This document shows, in pieces, positions 13,501 to 24,249 of a stretch of DNA of 64,000 nucleotides. The notes beneath the pieces are model-generated. The model searched no databases and was not told the DNA's origin. It worked only from the letters and a program-made list of their open reading frames with translations. This stretch comes from Enoplolaimus lenunculus (lineage: Eukaryota): positions 248,001 to 312,000 of the forward strand of contig JASANG010002067.1 of assembly GCA_030248215.1 (NCBI GenBank), in the 5' to 3' direction. A program made the translations under genes and the position numbers. Position 1 is the stretch's first letter. Each line of letters starts with the position of its first letter.

Positions 13501-16500
13501 TTTTGAAACGCTATTTTTCACCAAAATTTTTTTCTGATTTCGTAAAATTGTAAGGTAGGAGGACCTAATCATTTTTTACAAAATGACTTTCAGAGAGAGG
13601 ACGATTGCAAGGGACAGACGCTGGCATTTTATCACAAAAAAAATCTGAGGGGGAAATTGTAGAGACGTTACCATTTTATCATACGCCCCGCCCGTCAACC
13701 TTTTGAACCGCTATTGCCCGCCTTCTTAGTGTACCTAAATCGACAAAACTTAAATTTCACTTGGGCTAAGACTAAAGCTTTGTTTTAGACTGGTGTTTAT
13801 TATGCTGAGGTGGCTTAAACTTACGAATATGTTTTGGTTGTTAGATTGTTAAGAGTGGTCCAAATCTTCAGGACCCATTCTAGTCTTAATATATCGGAAC
13901 ATAATGCATGTCGATTTGCTCCACATAACCTCCCCTTATAATTTCAATTTTCATGAACATAGTTTCACTTTTTTGATCTAAGGACTACCGCGGAACCGAA
14001 AATGTAGCTATATTCAACAGTTATGAAATCCATATTTTTACATGTATATTATATTGCGTAATAGCGACGCAAGTGCAGTTATTAAATGGCCCTAGTCAGT
14101 ACCCACTCGCGCACACATAAAAACAAACACCAACCTTGGTGATACACAATTCCATTCTGTTTTTCCAAGCACGTCAACCGATCACAGTAATAATTAGGTC
14201 CACAATCCGAATCCGAAATACACGATACGTTTTGCAAGTGCCGCACACATAAAAACAAACACCAACCTTGGTGATACACAATTCCATTCTGTTTTTCCAA
14301 GCACGTCAACCGATCACAGTAATAATTAGGTCCACAATCCGAATCCGAAATACACGATACGTTTTGCAAGTGCCGTGGCGTGCCGTGCGGTCCGATTTGA
14401 CATAAACCACCAACGCATACGGCGGTAGTTTGCGCACACTGGCTGCGAAACACACAAGTTTGCATCAAGGGGCCAGCCGGAGACGGGTAAGCGCATAGTT
14501 GTTCATGACGACAACCCAGGCTACCCGTGGGGCAGGACTGTGCCGAGCCAGGTTCAGCGCCACAGGATTCTCGCGTGCCGTGCTCTGAAATGTATGAACA
14601 TTTAAACGTCTCGAGTCTTGTAGAGTTTCATTCTACATGTACGCTAAGCTTTACCTTAGACTTAATACAAGGCTTACTGGGGTGCACACAAGGAGAGTAT
14701 TGAGGGAATATATATACCGATATCTCCTCCGAAAATTTATGGACAGACAAAAAAGCAGTTTTAAGAGATATTAGAGCAACCTTCTGACTCCCGTAAGTCA
14801 TAAATTTACCTTTACAAGAGGTTTTACCGTCCGAACTGAAAACCCAGCTACGCTCCTGAAAGACTTTCAACGCCTAAGCATAAGCTTAAGTTTGAGGCTA
14901 AGCCTAATCCGAGTTTAGTAAATATGAGGGAGGGAAAGTATGCAACAGCCAACGTGCCTTTTCGATTCAGAAATATTTAATGTCGGTTAAGTTCTTCAAT
15001 GTCTTAGGTTAGAACTGAAACTTACGTTCATATTCCGACTTCGGTTTTACGCTTCACTAGTCGAGTTTGCACAAACCTTAATGTTGACTACGAATACGGA
15101 AAACATGAGATTTTTGTACTTATTCAAAGAACATGTTTTTCGTATTCATGTCCACAACAATTATACGGGTTCCTTTAGCCATAAAGCATTTCCATCTGAT
15201 AGTTGGTTGAACGCCAAACGCCATACATTTTGAGAGCTTTTCCTCGGTTGTTAAGCTACAGAGTTTGGCGTCTATCATCCAGAAGTTTAGATTCGCTGCA
15301 ACTATGTAAATAATACTTTTATAACAAACAAATCGTACCGTGTTGGGTGCATTTGACTTCTGAACACTGATCCCGGGGGCAACGACACATTGGACAAACC
15401 TGGCGATCTCGTGAGCCGCTAACGAATCCCGAAACCAGTACAAAACCAAAGCAGTTTGACTTACAATACGCAATTGGGCAATCGGCTAAAACGGATGGTG
15501 GCCTTTTATCAGTACCGGAGCAGACACGGGTAAGGGCTCCCCCCGAACTTCAGAGTGGGGCACCGAATGAAGCCAACCGCATTTTGAAACTTCGGCGGGT
15601 TTGTTTCAACCGGTTGGGGTGGGGGCCCCTTTAGGGATGGGGGCGGCCTCTTCAAATTGGGGGGAGGGTATGGGAGTGGCTGCTCCGGCACTGCCTTTCA
15701 TGACTCGCGCTATTCATGGCGTTTTTATATAAATTAACCAGGTTCTTTTCACTTCGCCTCCACAACATTTAAAAGCCGAAGTTGATAACATAAGCTTAAG
15801 CCTAAAGGTAAAAGCTCTTTACTTAAACTTATACTAAACCTTGAACGCTTGCTTTTGAACAGAAAAGGACATTTAATTTGATTGTTACACCTTTGATATT
15901 GTATTTAAAACCCGTTTTTGTTCTGTACTTATGTTACTGGAGTTCTGTCCATTAATGCTGATTTTTTTACATTTGATTGGCTGTTTCATAGAAAGATTCT
16001 ATTGTAAAATTTTTCCATTAAATGTAGAAATAAAAAAATTGAAACGATGACTAAATACGAAAGCACGAAAGCATTGCTTTGAAGATAGTTTTTTAAACTT
16101 CAAACGTGCAAAAAAATCGCTACTATTCAAATAACATTTTCTTTAGCGGAGGTAGGAATCAAGATATGATACTGATCTAACTTTAACAGGCTTAATATAG
16201 CAAATATTTATTAGTTGAAAACAAACCGTTCATTCAAAAACAAAAAACAATCCACAGACAAAAGCAACCACCACTCTCTTCTCAGCATATTTGCCTCAAA
16301 GCCTTCAAAATGAAACACCATCTAACTTCTTAAAGCCGAATAAGTAAACTACTGTTCTCATCAAAAATATAAAATTTGAAATTATGAAGATTCAACCAAT
16401 TTCATTTCAGTTTTGAAAAATTGAGTTAAACGACTCTTAATGCTTTTCGCGAAATTTCTGCCTATTAAGCCCAGGTTTACGCCTGCGCTTAAAAAGCCAA

Positions 16501-19500
16501 TGCCTAATCCTAAGCCATTTAAGATTCGGGCTTAGGCTTCGGTAAGTTCTTTTCGAATCCTACTCTATTAGCCCAATACCTAAACCTGGTATTAGCTTGA
16601 ACCTGAGCCTGAGCCTAAGCTTGTAGGAAAAAGTGTACAAGAGCAACATTATTAAGATTTAAATTTCAACAAAACCATGATTTAACATATAACACAACAC
16701 AAACTGCAACAGTATAACTCGCGAACGAACCACGTTTGATCGAAACTTGCGCTTCTGATGTTGACGAAAAACAACTGCCAGCGGTGCAAATTTCACATTC
16801 GCCTTGCGAACACCGAACGCTATCAACAAGTGCTTGTGCTTCCGTTTGTTGATTAGAGACGAGACTTGCCGTCGGTGATCCTCGGCCACTTTGGGTAGTT
16901 CCAATGGAACTCCCTGTGGAAGGCACTGTGCTTCCTTCTGGCAATAGATAAAAACGCATTTAATACGGCGACAACTTCGAAATTCAATACAGTTACCCAA
17001 CAGAACATATGTGCCAATTGTCTAAACTTTGCATTCAATGTATATACACAGTGCAAAAAATGGTGAGTCAATTTGACTCTGTCCGAAATATATAGGCTTT
17101 TCCTGACTACACAAACTGAGTCAAATTTCGACTTCGCCAGAGCCTAATTCAACTCAATTTGACTTAGGCGGAGTCGAATTTTGACTCAGTTTGTGTAGTC
17201 AGGAAAAGCCTATTTCGGAGAGAGTCAAATTGACTCACCATTTTTTGCAGTGTAGTGCTCATTCAGTAGGGACGTGCTGAAAGAAGGTGCCTTGCAAAAC
17301 CGTTCCCGTTCCAAGATAAATAATTTTCTATTTAGAAAGGAGCATTATGCCTTATTGGTGAATTAGCAATCACCGATGTACCAATTCTATTTAAAGGGTC
17401 AATATATGCCGGCAATAGACCGCCCTTCAACTCAAATTGCAGCGTATGCCAACGCGCCAATTTACTGATGACTGGTATAAAATAGAACATAAGAAGTATT
17501 TTTAAAAGAAAATTTACTGAGCGATTTATTCGTCCTGCCCGTTTGGTAAAATTACAGATCTAATTATTATTGTCAGAATTGTCGCAGTTTAACAAATTTA
17601 ACAACAAATGCAATCATTGGCTCTTGTACATTCCCCCATATTTACGCTGAGGTATAGGTTTGAAACAAGTCGTATTCATGCCTACGAAAAAGTTTAAGCT
17701 TTTACCTACGCCGTTTATAGCCTACGCCAAATAAATAAACTTAAGACGCTTAACCTAAGCATAATTCTTAACCCAAAATATGGAGAAGTGTTCATGACTC
17801 CTCATACGGTAAAATACAACCAAACCTTGCTGAAAACAAGTCATCTGTTCGCAACCATGTCCTGGCGGACAGTCACTATCGAACACACACGAAACTCCAG
17901 GTACATGCCGGCGCATTGCGGTTGATGCCTGTTGACAAATACCTTGGGTACACGTTTCAGTTGCCGGGCATTCGCTGGTAAATACGCAGGGTTGTACAAC
18001 AGCACCGGATGGTTTTTCGTAAACACAAAATGCGTCCTCGCAACGACTTAAACTTTCCGCTGGACAGTCGGATGCCGATTGGCATATTTCACGTATGCCA
18101 TAATCTAAGCAATCAAACGTAATTGATGGCGGGAATCAGATGCAGTCAGGCCCATCAGGCAGGCTCGGAGCAGCTACCCATACGCAGTATGGGGGGGCCT
18201 AATATTCAACTTGGATATGTTTAAAATTGAAAAATTCATAAAGGATCAACGCAAGAAAACCTCACCCTGAAAATTTGGGGAGCACACACTTCTAGGGGTA
18301 TCTCCCTGCAGAAAGTTTTTAGCACGGTTTATTGAGCCTGTAATAGTATTTTACAACTGGTAGTTTATACCAGGTGCAATACTTTCAGTGTGTAAAGTAC
18401 TTACTTAACTTAACGCTTTAAAATATGTACTCGGTTTGCAGACACTTGAGTTTTAAATTCATACTAACGTAGACACTCAAACAATGAGCGACAATTTTTA
18501 AATTTTCCACCGGCTATCTTTGCCACGTATCGTTTCCGATGCCCAGCCTATAGCTGATGCTCTGAAAAATTTTCACTGGCCACATTTCTGAGAATTATGA
18601 CACATTTAATTTCAATCAAATTTGCATGCGTACCTGTGCACTTGCAGACGAAACATTGTTTTCCTGAATGCTCAACTTTAACAAACCCGTCACAGTCTTC
18701 TGGGCAAAATGCCGGTGGGCAGCCATCTGAAACGTGATAACTCGCAGCTTCAATCACTGGTAAGCGACGGCTAAATTAAACTGACTTACAGCAAGAGTGT
18801 ATCTTGTCTTAACCAAGTCCTGAGATCGACTAGTAGTAAAGTTTTTGATCGATTAGAAACTTGGAAAATATAAGAATTCATTAAAACAATTGCCAAATTT
18901 AAAACTTCAAATACTTTTCTTATTCCGGTCAAACGCGTAGCCAGAATTGCATTGCAGGAAGCTATATTATAGCCACTATTAAAAGAATTTGGTAACGAGC
19001 AAAAAAGTGTTCGTTCACGCAGATCAACCAAGTTTACTTCAAAACCTGTAAAAGTGCACTATCGTGTCTCCAGAGATTTGAAAAATATATTCTCTATTCC
19101 TATTGCACTGTAAATTCCTTCTAATGAGTTAATTAATCAACTCAGACGCAGTTAATTTTTTCAGAGTTAATAAAAGTAAACTTTAACTCATTCTGAGTTG
19201 AGTTGTCTACGAGATAGCTAATTAATTAAATCAGAATGAGTTGAATCAACTCAGAATTGAGAGTTCTGATAGTCCTAACTCAGACTGAGTGATTCTTCTC
19301 ATTCTGAGTTAAAATCAACTTACTGGAATTTACAGTGTGTACACAACCGTGGTTGTGAGCCGAATCTAAAAGTGCTAAATCAAAGGTTTCTATGGCTTGG
19401 TTTTGAAATTTAACGGATAAATTTATGGTATTTTTTACCGCTGTATTCTTAATTGAAATATATGTAAATGCACATAAATAGAGTGATTTATAATTGCGTA

Positions 19501-21633
19501 AATTTACTTCTTTCGACGTTATCTTAATCATGCGGTTGTTAATTATCATATTTAAGACAGAACCGAGGGTCAATTTTGACTCCAGCAGCGCAACATTTTT
19601 TCTACAGAGTCCAAATAAATTTGCCTCTACTATGTAAAATCGTTCTGTACTGCCGTGCTTGTGTAATCGAAGGCAAAAGTCTGACTCAGTTTGCGTAGTC
19701 GTGAAAAGCCTATTTCGGAGAGAGTCAATTTGACTCACCATTTTTTTACACTGTGCAACATCGCTTTGACACAACGTTCATTCTAATCATTTTGTTGAGT
19801 TAAAATGCTTCTTATGCAACTAAACCTTATCAGCATATCATATGAGCGTGAGCGAAGAAGCTTACCAACAATCAAAGATCGCCGAACATTCCTTGTAGTT
19901 TCAACGCATTTACCACCAACACATATACGGCAGACTGATTCTGAACATACTGTGGACGTAGCACCAGAGCCACTACCGCCAGAAATGCTTGTTGTAATTC
20001 GATTTTCTATAAACAAATGGGATCATGTAAACTGTAATGGCTTGCCTACTATAAGCATACGCTTAAACGTAATAATTCTAAGCTTAAACCTAAGCTTTCC
20101 AGTCTCTTCTTAGTGTCTCCCAGTGAGCCGAGCAGGCCCTATATTTGACATGGGCCAATAAAGGTGTCTTTTGTTGCGACACAAATTTGATCCGCCTAGA
20201 AATAACCATACGCGTATGTATCATTTTTTCTGGATGTAATAAAATCGTCGTCCTAAAAATATTCGTTTGCCGGCTAATATATCACAATTGTGCTATGAAT
20301 TAGTTTCAAAAACCGTTTCTGCCGAATGCTTCATTGATGCCTTTAACGTTTGTGGTCAACCAAAACGACTAATAGACAGAGTTGTACCTACCGGTCTTAG
20401 CAAGTAATAAACATGTCAATTGGGGGAAGGAGGATAGGGAGCCCAACAATTAAAACGTTTTCCGTGGGGGCCGCGGTTAGGAACTTCAAAAAATAAATAT
20501 TCATGGAATCTAAAAATGCAAAAAGTGTAAGTTTCGGCTGCCCAGAGATAGTTAATAAAACCAATGTCTACATCATCTCAAGCTTGAGGAAAAGAATAAG
20601 CCTAAGCACGGCCGAAGCAGCCACCCCCATACCAACATTTGGGGGGACCCACCCATAAAGAGGCCCCACCCTAAAACGGTAGAAACAAAAATCGCCGAAG
20701 TTTTAAAATGCGTTTGTCTTCTCGCTGGCTTCGTTCGTGAGTTTGGGGGGGGGTGCCCACACGCCTGTCTGCTCCGGCACCGAGCCTGAGTAAAAACGAC
20801 GTAAATATGAAATTTGTTTGTTTTTCATTAAAGCGATTTTTCAATATTAAAGCATAAATTTAAGCCTGAACTCGAAAAAAAACTAGCGCAAACAACGGAA
20901 AAAATTTTGACTGCACCAGTCGCTGGTTTGAAACTCGTTTGTATTGCACATTTTATCACACGGTAAACAGGCCATCAAACTCTTGAACCAATTAGTTATG
21001 CAGATCAATATTTAGTAATTTAATGCAATGAAATTATTTTGAGTATATGTGAAAGTTCAGATCCGTTGCTTACGCAGTTCGCTCTGCAAACAAGTGCTAT
21101 TAACAGGGAATATTGTAGCGACCCGAATAAGATGGGCAACCGATAGTTATTTGGCCTCTCCAGAGCGTACCCCTCCTTGTTATTCGGTTACGGACTGTTA
21201 TTTATTTTTAACCCACGCTCCGCCACCCTTCGTTACTGATATATATCCGGTACTGCAATTATCCGTTGAATCAAACGTTTATATATTTGTATTGTGTCAA
21301 TAGCTTGAGCGATAATTGAAGGTTATACTTAGGAATGTACTTTCAAAATTTAAGTACGCTTTAAAGTGCCGAACTCAAATTATTTGGCCTGGAGTCATTT
21401 ATGCGCTACAATAAGGGTTAATTGACATTTATGGACTCTAGGGTTTAAGGACTCTATCCGCTTACGGACTCTTATTAGGGATACGGACTCCAATTGATTC
21501 GGACTCCAAATGCCCCCCTCTCATTACCCCCTCTTATTCGGGTCAATACAATAGGTGCTAACCACAGTTAAGAATACTGCTGCTTACCCGAGTGCACACA
21601 AACGAACGCCAATAGTAATAACACGACAACCAT
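10534..21633 (-). CDS. Secreted modular cysteine-rich protein (~590 aa): signal peptide, three Cx4Cx2Cx4C modules, two antistasin-like modules and ten four-Cys repeats (mostly Cx5Cx5-7Cx4C; EB/lustrin-like)
   Basis: Exons (minus strand): 21633-21588 (MVVVLLLLAFVCVHS), 20006-19866, 18726-18634 (CPPAFCPEDCDGFVKVEHSGKQCFVCKC), 18104-17826, 16937-16731 (donor could be 16719), 15485-15339 (CPIAYCKSNCFGF...CPMCRC), 14584-14267, 12875-12738, 11063-10731, 10613-10534 (GVTCVFNSNCPRGFECRSMTCYQSRF*). All introns are GT-AG and phase 1, all internal exons are multiples of 3, and there are no in-frame stops. Confidence 0.85.
11681..12470. mobile_element. MITE family B copy interrupted by a family A MITE
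   Basis: Left TIR cagggtgcaacgggagg at 11681. Sequence homologous to 10145-10452 resumes after 12235. Confidence 0.65.
11785..12233 (+). mobile_element. MITE family A (Tc1/mariner-type; TA target duplication; TIR CTGTAGTGACCCGAATAAGAG)
   Basis: ta|ctgtagtgacccgaataag ... tattcggggcaattcag|ta. The internal sequence is shared with at least 7 other copies in the window. Confidence 0.85.
13371..13822. repeat. Dispersed repeat shared with 41556-41886, containing a gcggatccag-type TIR element (family E)
   Basis: gttccaagaagaaa...cattaaa.tatactta.gctaaatcgtaca...cagtccatg and cttgggct.agac..gctttgttttagact occur at both loci. Confidence 0.65.
14110..14375. repeat. Exact 132-bp tandem duplication spanning an exon 3' end and its splice donor
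   Basis: 14110-14241 is repeated at 14242-14373. The minus-strand ORF shows a 44-aa repeat. Confidence 0.95.
15510..15693. mobile_element. hAT-type MITE with 8-bp target-site duplication
   Basis: TIR cagtaccggagcag / ctgctccggcactg. Flanks are CCTTTTAT (15502-15509) and CCTTTCAT (15694-15701). A related inverted copy lies at ~20607-20782. Confidence 0.75.
17047..17252. mobile_element. Palindromic (foldback) MITE
   Basis: Inverted arms of ~90 bp: tgcaaaaaatggtgagtcaatttgactct...ggcttttcctgactacacaaactgagtcaaa versus its reverse complement. One related arm occurs at ~19680-19755. Confidence 0.85.
17619..17800. mobile_element. MITE family C (ends GGCTCTTGTACA.TTCCCC; interior of degenerate TTAGGC/GCCTAA hexamers)
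   Basis: ggctcttgtacattcccccatattt ... aaatatggagaagtgttcatgactc. Similar ends beside hexamer tracts at ~975, 16631, 26630, 38770, 39142 and 39643. Confidence 0.5.
19106..19337. mobile_element. Palindromic MITE
   Basis: TIR cactgtaaattcc ... ggaatttacagtg, with internal ctcaga/tctgag sub-repeats. Confidence 0.65.
20607..20782. mobile_element. Second, diverged and inverted copy of the hAT-type MITE at 15510-15693
   Basis: gcagccacccccatacc...cgccgaagttttaaaatgcg...tgtctgctccggcaccg matches the reverse complement of 15510-15693. Confidence 0.6.
21113..21551 (+). mobile_element. MITE family A
   Basis: ta|ttgtagcgacccgaataaga ... ctcttattcgggtcaatacaa|ta, in intron 1 of the Cys-rich gene. Confidence 0.85.
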
Positions 21634-22688
21634 TATTATTAAAACGTATTTCGAAAAGAACACACAGTGATAGTCAAGAAGAGGCCAATACTAAAACAGG
21701 AAAACACTGAATTATCAATAACTAGAAAATTGGGCAATCAAGCTAATTTGCATATTGTAATAAATGCTTCATGCTATATGATGATGGTAAAACATGAATT
21801 CAAATCGCAAGCTGCAATAATTATGGCCATATATCGAACGCTTTTGGCAGTCAAGAACGGATTGAACGTTTGAACATATAAAATCTTCGTTCCACAAGTC
21901 TGATCGTTTGAACTGATGAATTTTATCTTAATCAACTGTGTAACGAATTTGGGAATAGCGTGCTGCGGAATGGTGACAGCGAGGGATATGTTGTATCAAA
22001 CGACTTTTTGCGGTAACACTTGTCATGGCATAAATACAAAATACGAACCTTCGTACAAGCTAAACGAAAACGAGCTTTTCATATGGAGTAAAATGAGTTG
22101 AGTTAACGCAAGCGGGGTCCCGTTATGACGGAGGCAGGCTGGAATACATTTTGTCCAAATTAGAATAGCGGGCAGTGACGGTACGGTTAATCATATAAAT
22201 ATTCGATATGTCTGCGAGCACCATTTGATATGCTTCCAAGTGTCTGCGTACCTGAGGTAGCAAACGAATTGTACTGTTGAGTATCATATGATAACAGAAT
22301 TTCAATTTGATTTTCTTGAATTTAGAAATATATTTCAGAAAAGTTTCCATAGGAAACGAAAACAAAAAAGCTATCGAAGTTCGAAATTATGTAGCACTTT
22401 GTTTTTTGTATTTTGTTAGTGCGCACAAATTACACTGGCCTGCAAATGTCAATATGTGATATATGCTGCAATTTCGGAATGCCATTTGATATTGGTATAA
22501 ATGTCGAGTGATTTCGATATTTCATATGCGGCTACTTGTATAAGAAGATTACATGAGGAGAGCAGTGGTTTGTGTACTTTTAAAAATGTCACCTGACGTC
22601 CACATTTTGTCGCTATACAGCGTATCGTGAACCAACCATGCAGAGAAGACGGTTCAAAAGTTATGGCTCAGGTTAAATTACCTGTCAT

Positions 22689-22960
22689 CAGAGACGGACC
22701 CAAAAATTTCTGTCGGGGGGGGGGGTGGCAAATGAATTGAAACGCAAATATTGTAACGTAGGGCCTTGTCATTTTATAACTAAAAAAATTTTTTAGGGAA
22801 AAAATTGCAACGTTTCATCACAAAAAAATCTATCAGGGTAAAAATTGTATTTTTTACAAAAAAATTTCAGTGGGAGAAAATTGTAAGGTAGACCTTACCA
22901 TTTCATCACAAAAAAATTCTGACGGGGGCTTGCGACCCCCGCCCTCCTGGATCCGCTAGT
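22689..22960. mobile_element. MITE family E (right end ...ctggatccgctagtg)
   Basis: Internal aaaattgtaaggtag..ccttaccattt.atcacaaaaaaa repeats and the terminal motif are shared with 13460-13717 and 41627-41776. Confidence 0.55.
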
Positions 22961-24249
22961 GGTCATTATACTTGTTCATTTTTATTGTTGAAGACGCAAA
23001 AAATTAACCACATTAGTTTTAATTGTGTGTCACTGCAAAAGATTTCTATTAGAGAACTGCCACATATCTATTAATGACAGCGCGCAGTTATGATATCAAT
23101 TTGGGGGGTATAAACTCGTGTATCAGAAATTTTTTGACGTCTTAAACTGACAGGGTTATTCTGATGTCTGTTAAGAAGGTTTTTACAATCTCTTCAGACA
23201 GTTTCAGAGTTGGTAGATTCCTTCTATCTCCCAATTTACAACGCCTCTATTCTCAATAGTTTGCAGATTTGAAACTTTTGAACGTATTTCTAGATGAACG
23301 TGATTTTGTAGTCTAAGAAACAAAGTTATGCGCTCACAAAATAAAACCCAGCAGCACCTGTGACACTCACCTTAAATGTGGATGAATGAAGCAGAACGTA
23401 TACGTGTCGTCATCGACACGTGATATTACCGAATGTCCCTCGAGTTCAAGTTGAAGTCGATTCAACGTATTCTATTTTCTGTGCTTCTCAACTGTTTCTA
23501 AGCCGTGTTTCGGTTCACTTAAAACTCACGAAAAGCGTCTACGATTGCGTCAAAAAATCCACTGCTTTTTAAAAAATCTTATTAAAAAATTGTTAAAATG
23601 CTTGTTCGTTTTTGTAAACAAATGTTCTATGTTTAAAATTGCTGCTTTAGTCGCTTGATTAAACCACAGTGGCGACGTGAGCAGGAGTAAATTTCGCTAT
23701 CATGACAAGCGATGAAGCTAAAAATTGAATTGAAGTCTTCTAGGACATTTTATGCAATGAGCGTCGGAGTGATTGGAAGCTGAAACTCGATGGTCTATTA
23801 GCATGCTGAGACCGAATTTGTAACGTCACATTCGAATTCAATGCGTGTTGTAGGGTTCCAAATATGTTGGCGAATTTTAGCTGACAGTGTTTACTTCATG
23901 CCTTGTGCTGGTTCGTTAAACGCTTCAATGTCCACTTGAATCCGCCGGAAGGTCGCGCATGACCAATTGCATCGGCAAAGAACCCGTTTAGCGCTTCGAT
24001 GATAAACGCAAAATTTCACAACACTTCAGGCTTTAAACACATCTATTTTGACCCAAAACTAGTGCCAGTTTTCCAGCTAATATTCAAAACGGTAAATTAG
24101 CATGTTATGCAAATCGCTTTCAAAAATTTATCATATTTTAAAGTCATTTGCAATAGCTAATAGCCTGGTATAAACACCTGTCTTTGTATTACGTTTCTGG
24201 TTTAACCACTCAGTTGTTTGAGAATTGTTGTATCGAATTTTAGTTCAAT

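Noticed and set aside
15120..15691. 117-aa ORF and Pro-rich 60-aa ORF
   Set aside because: The first overlaps the true antistasin-like exon in a different frame. The second is the C-rich strand of a hAT MITE.
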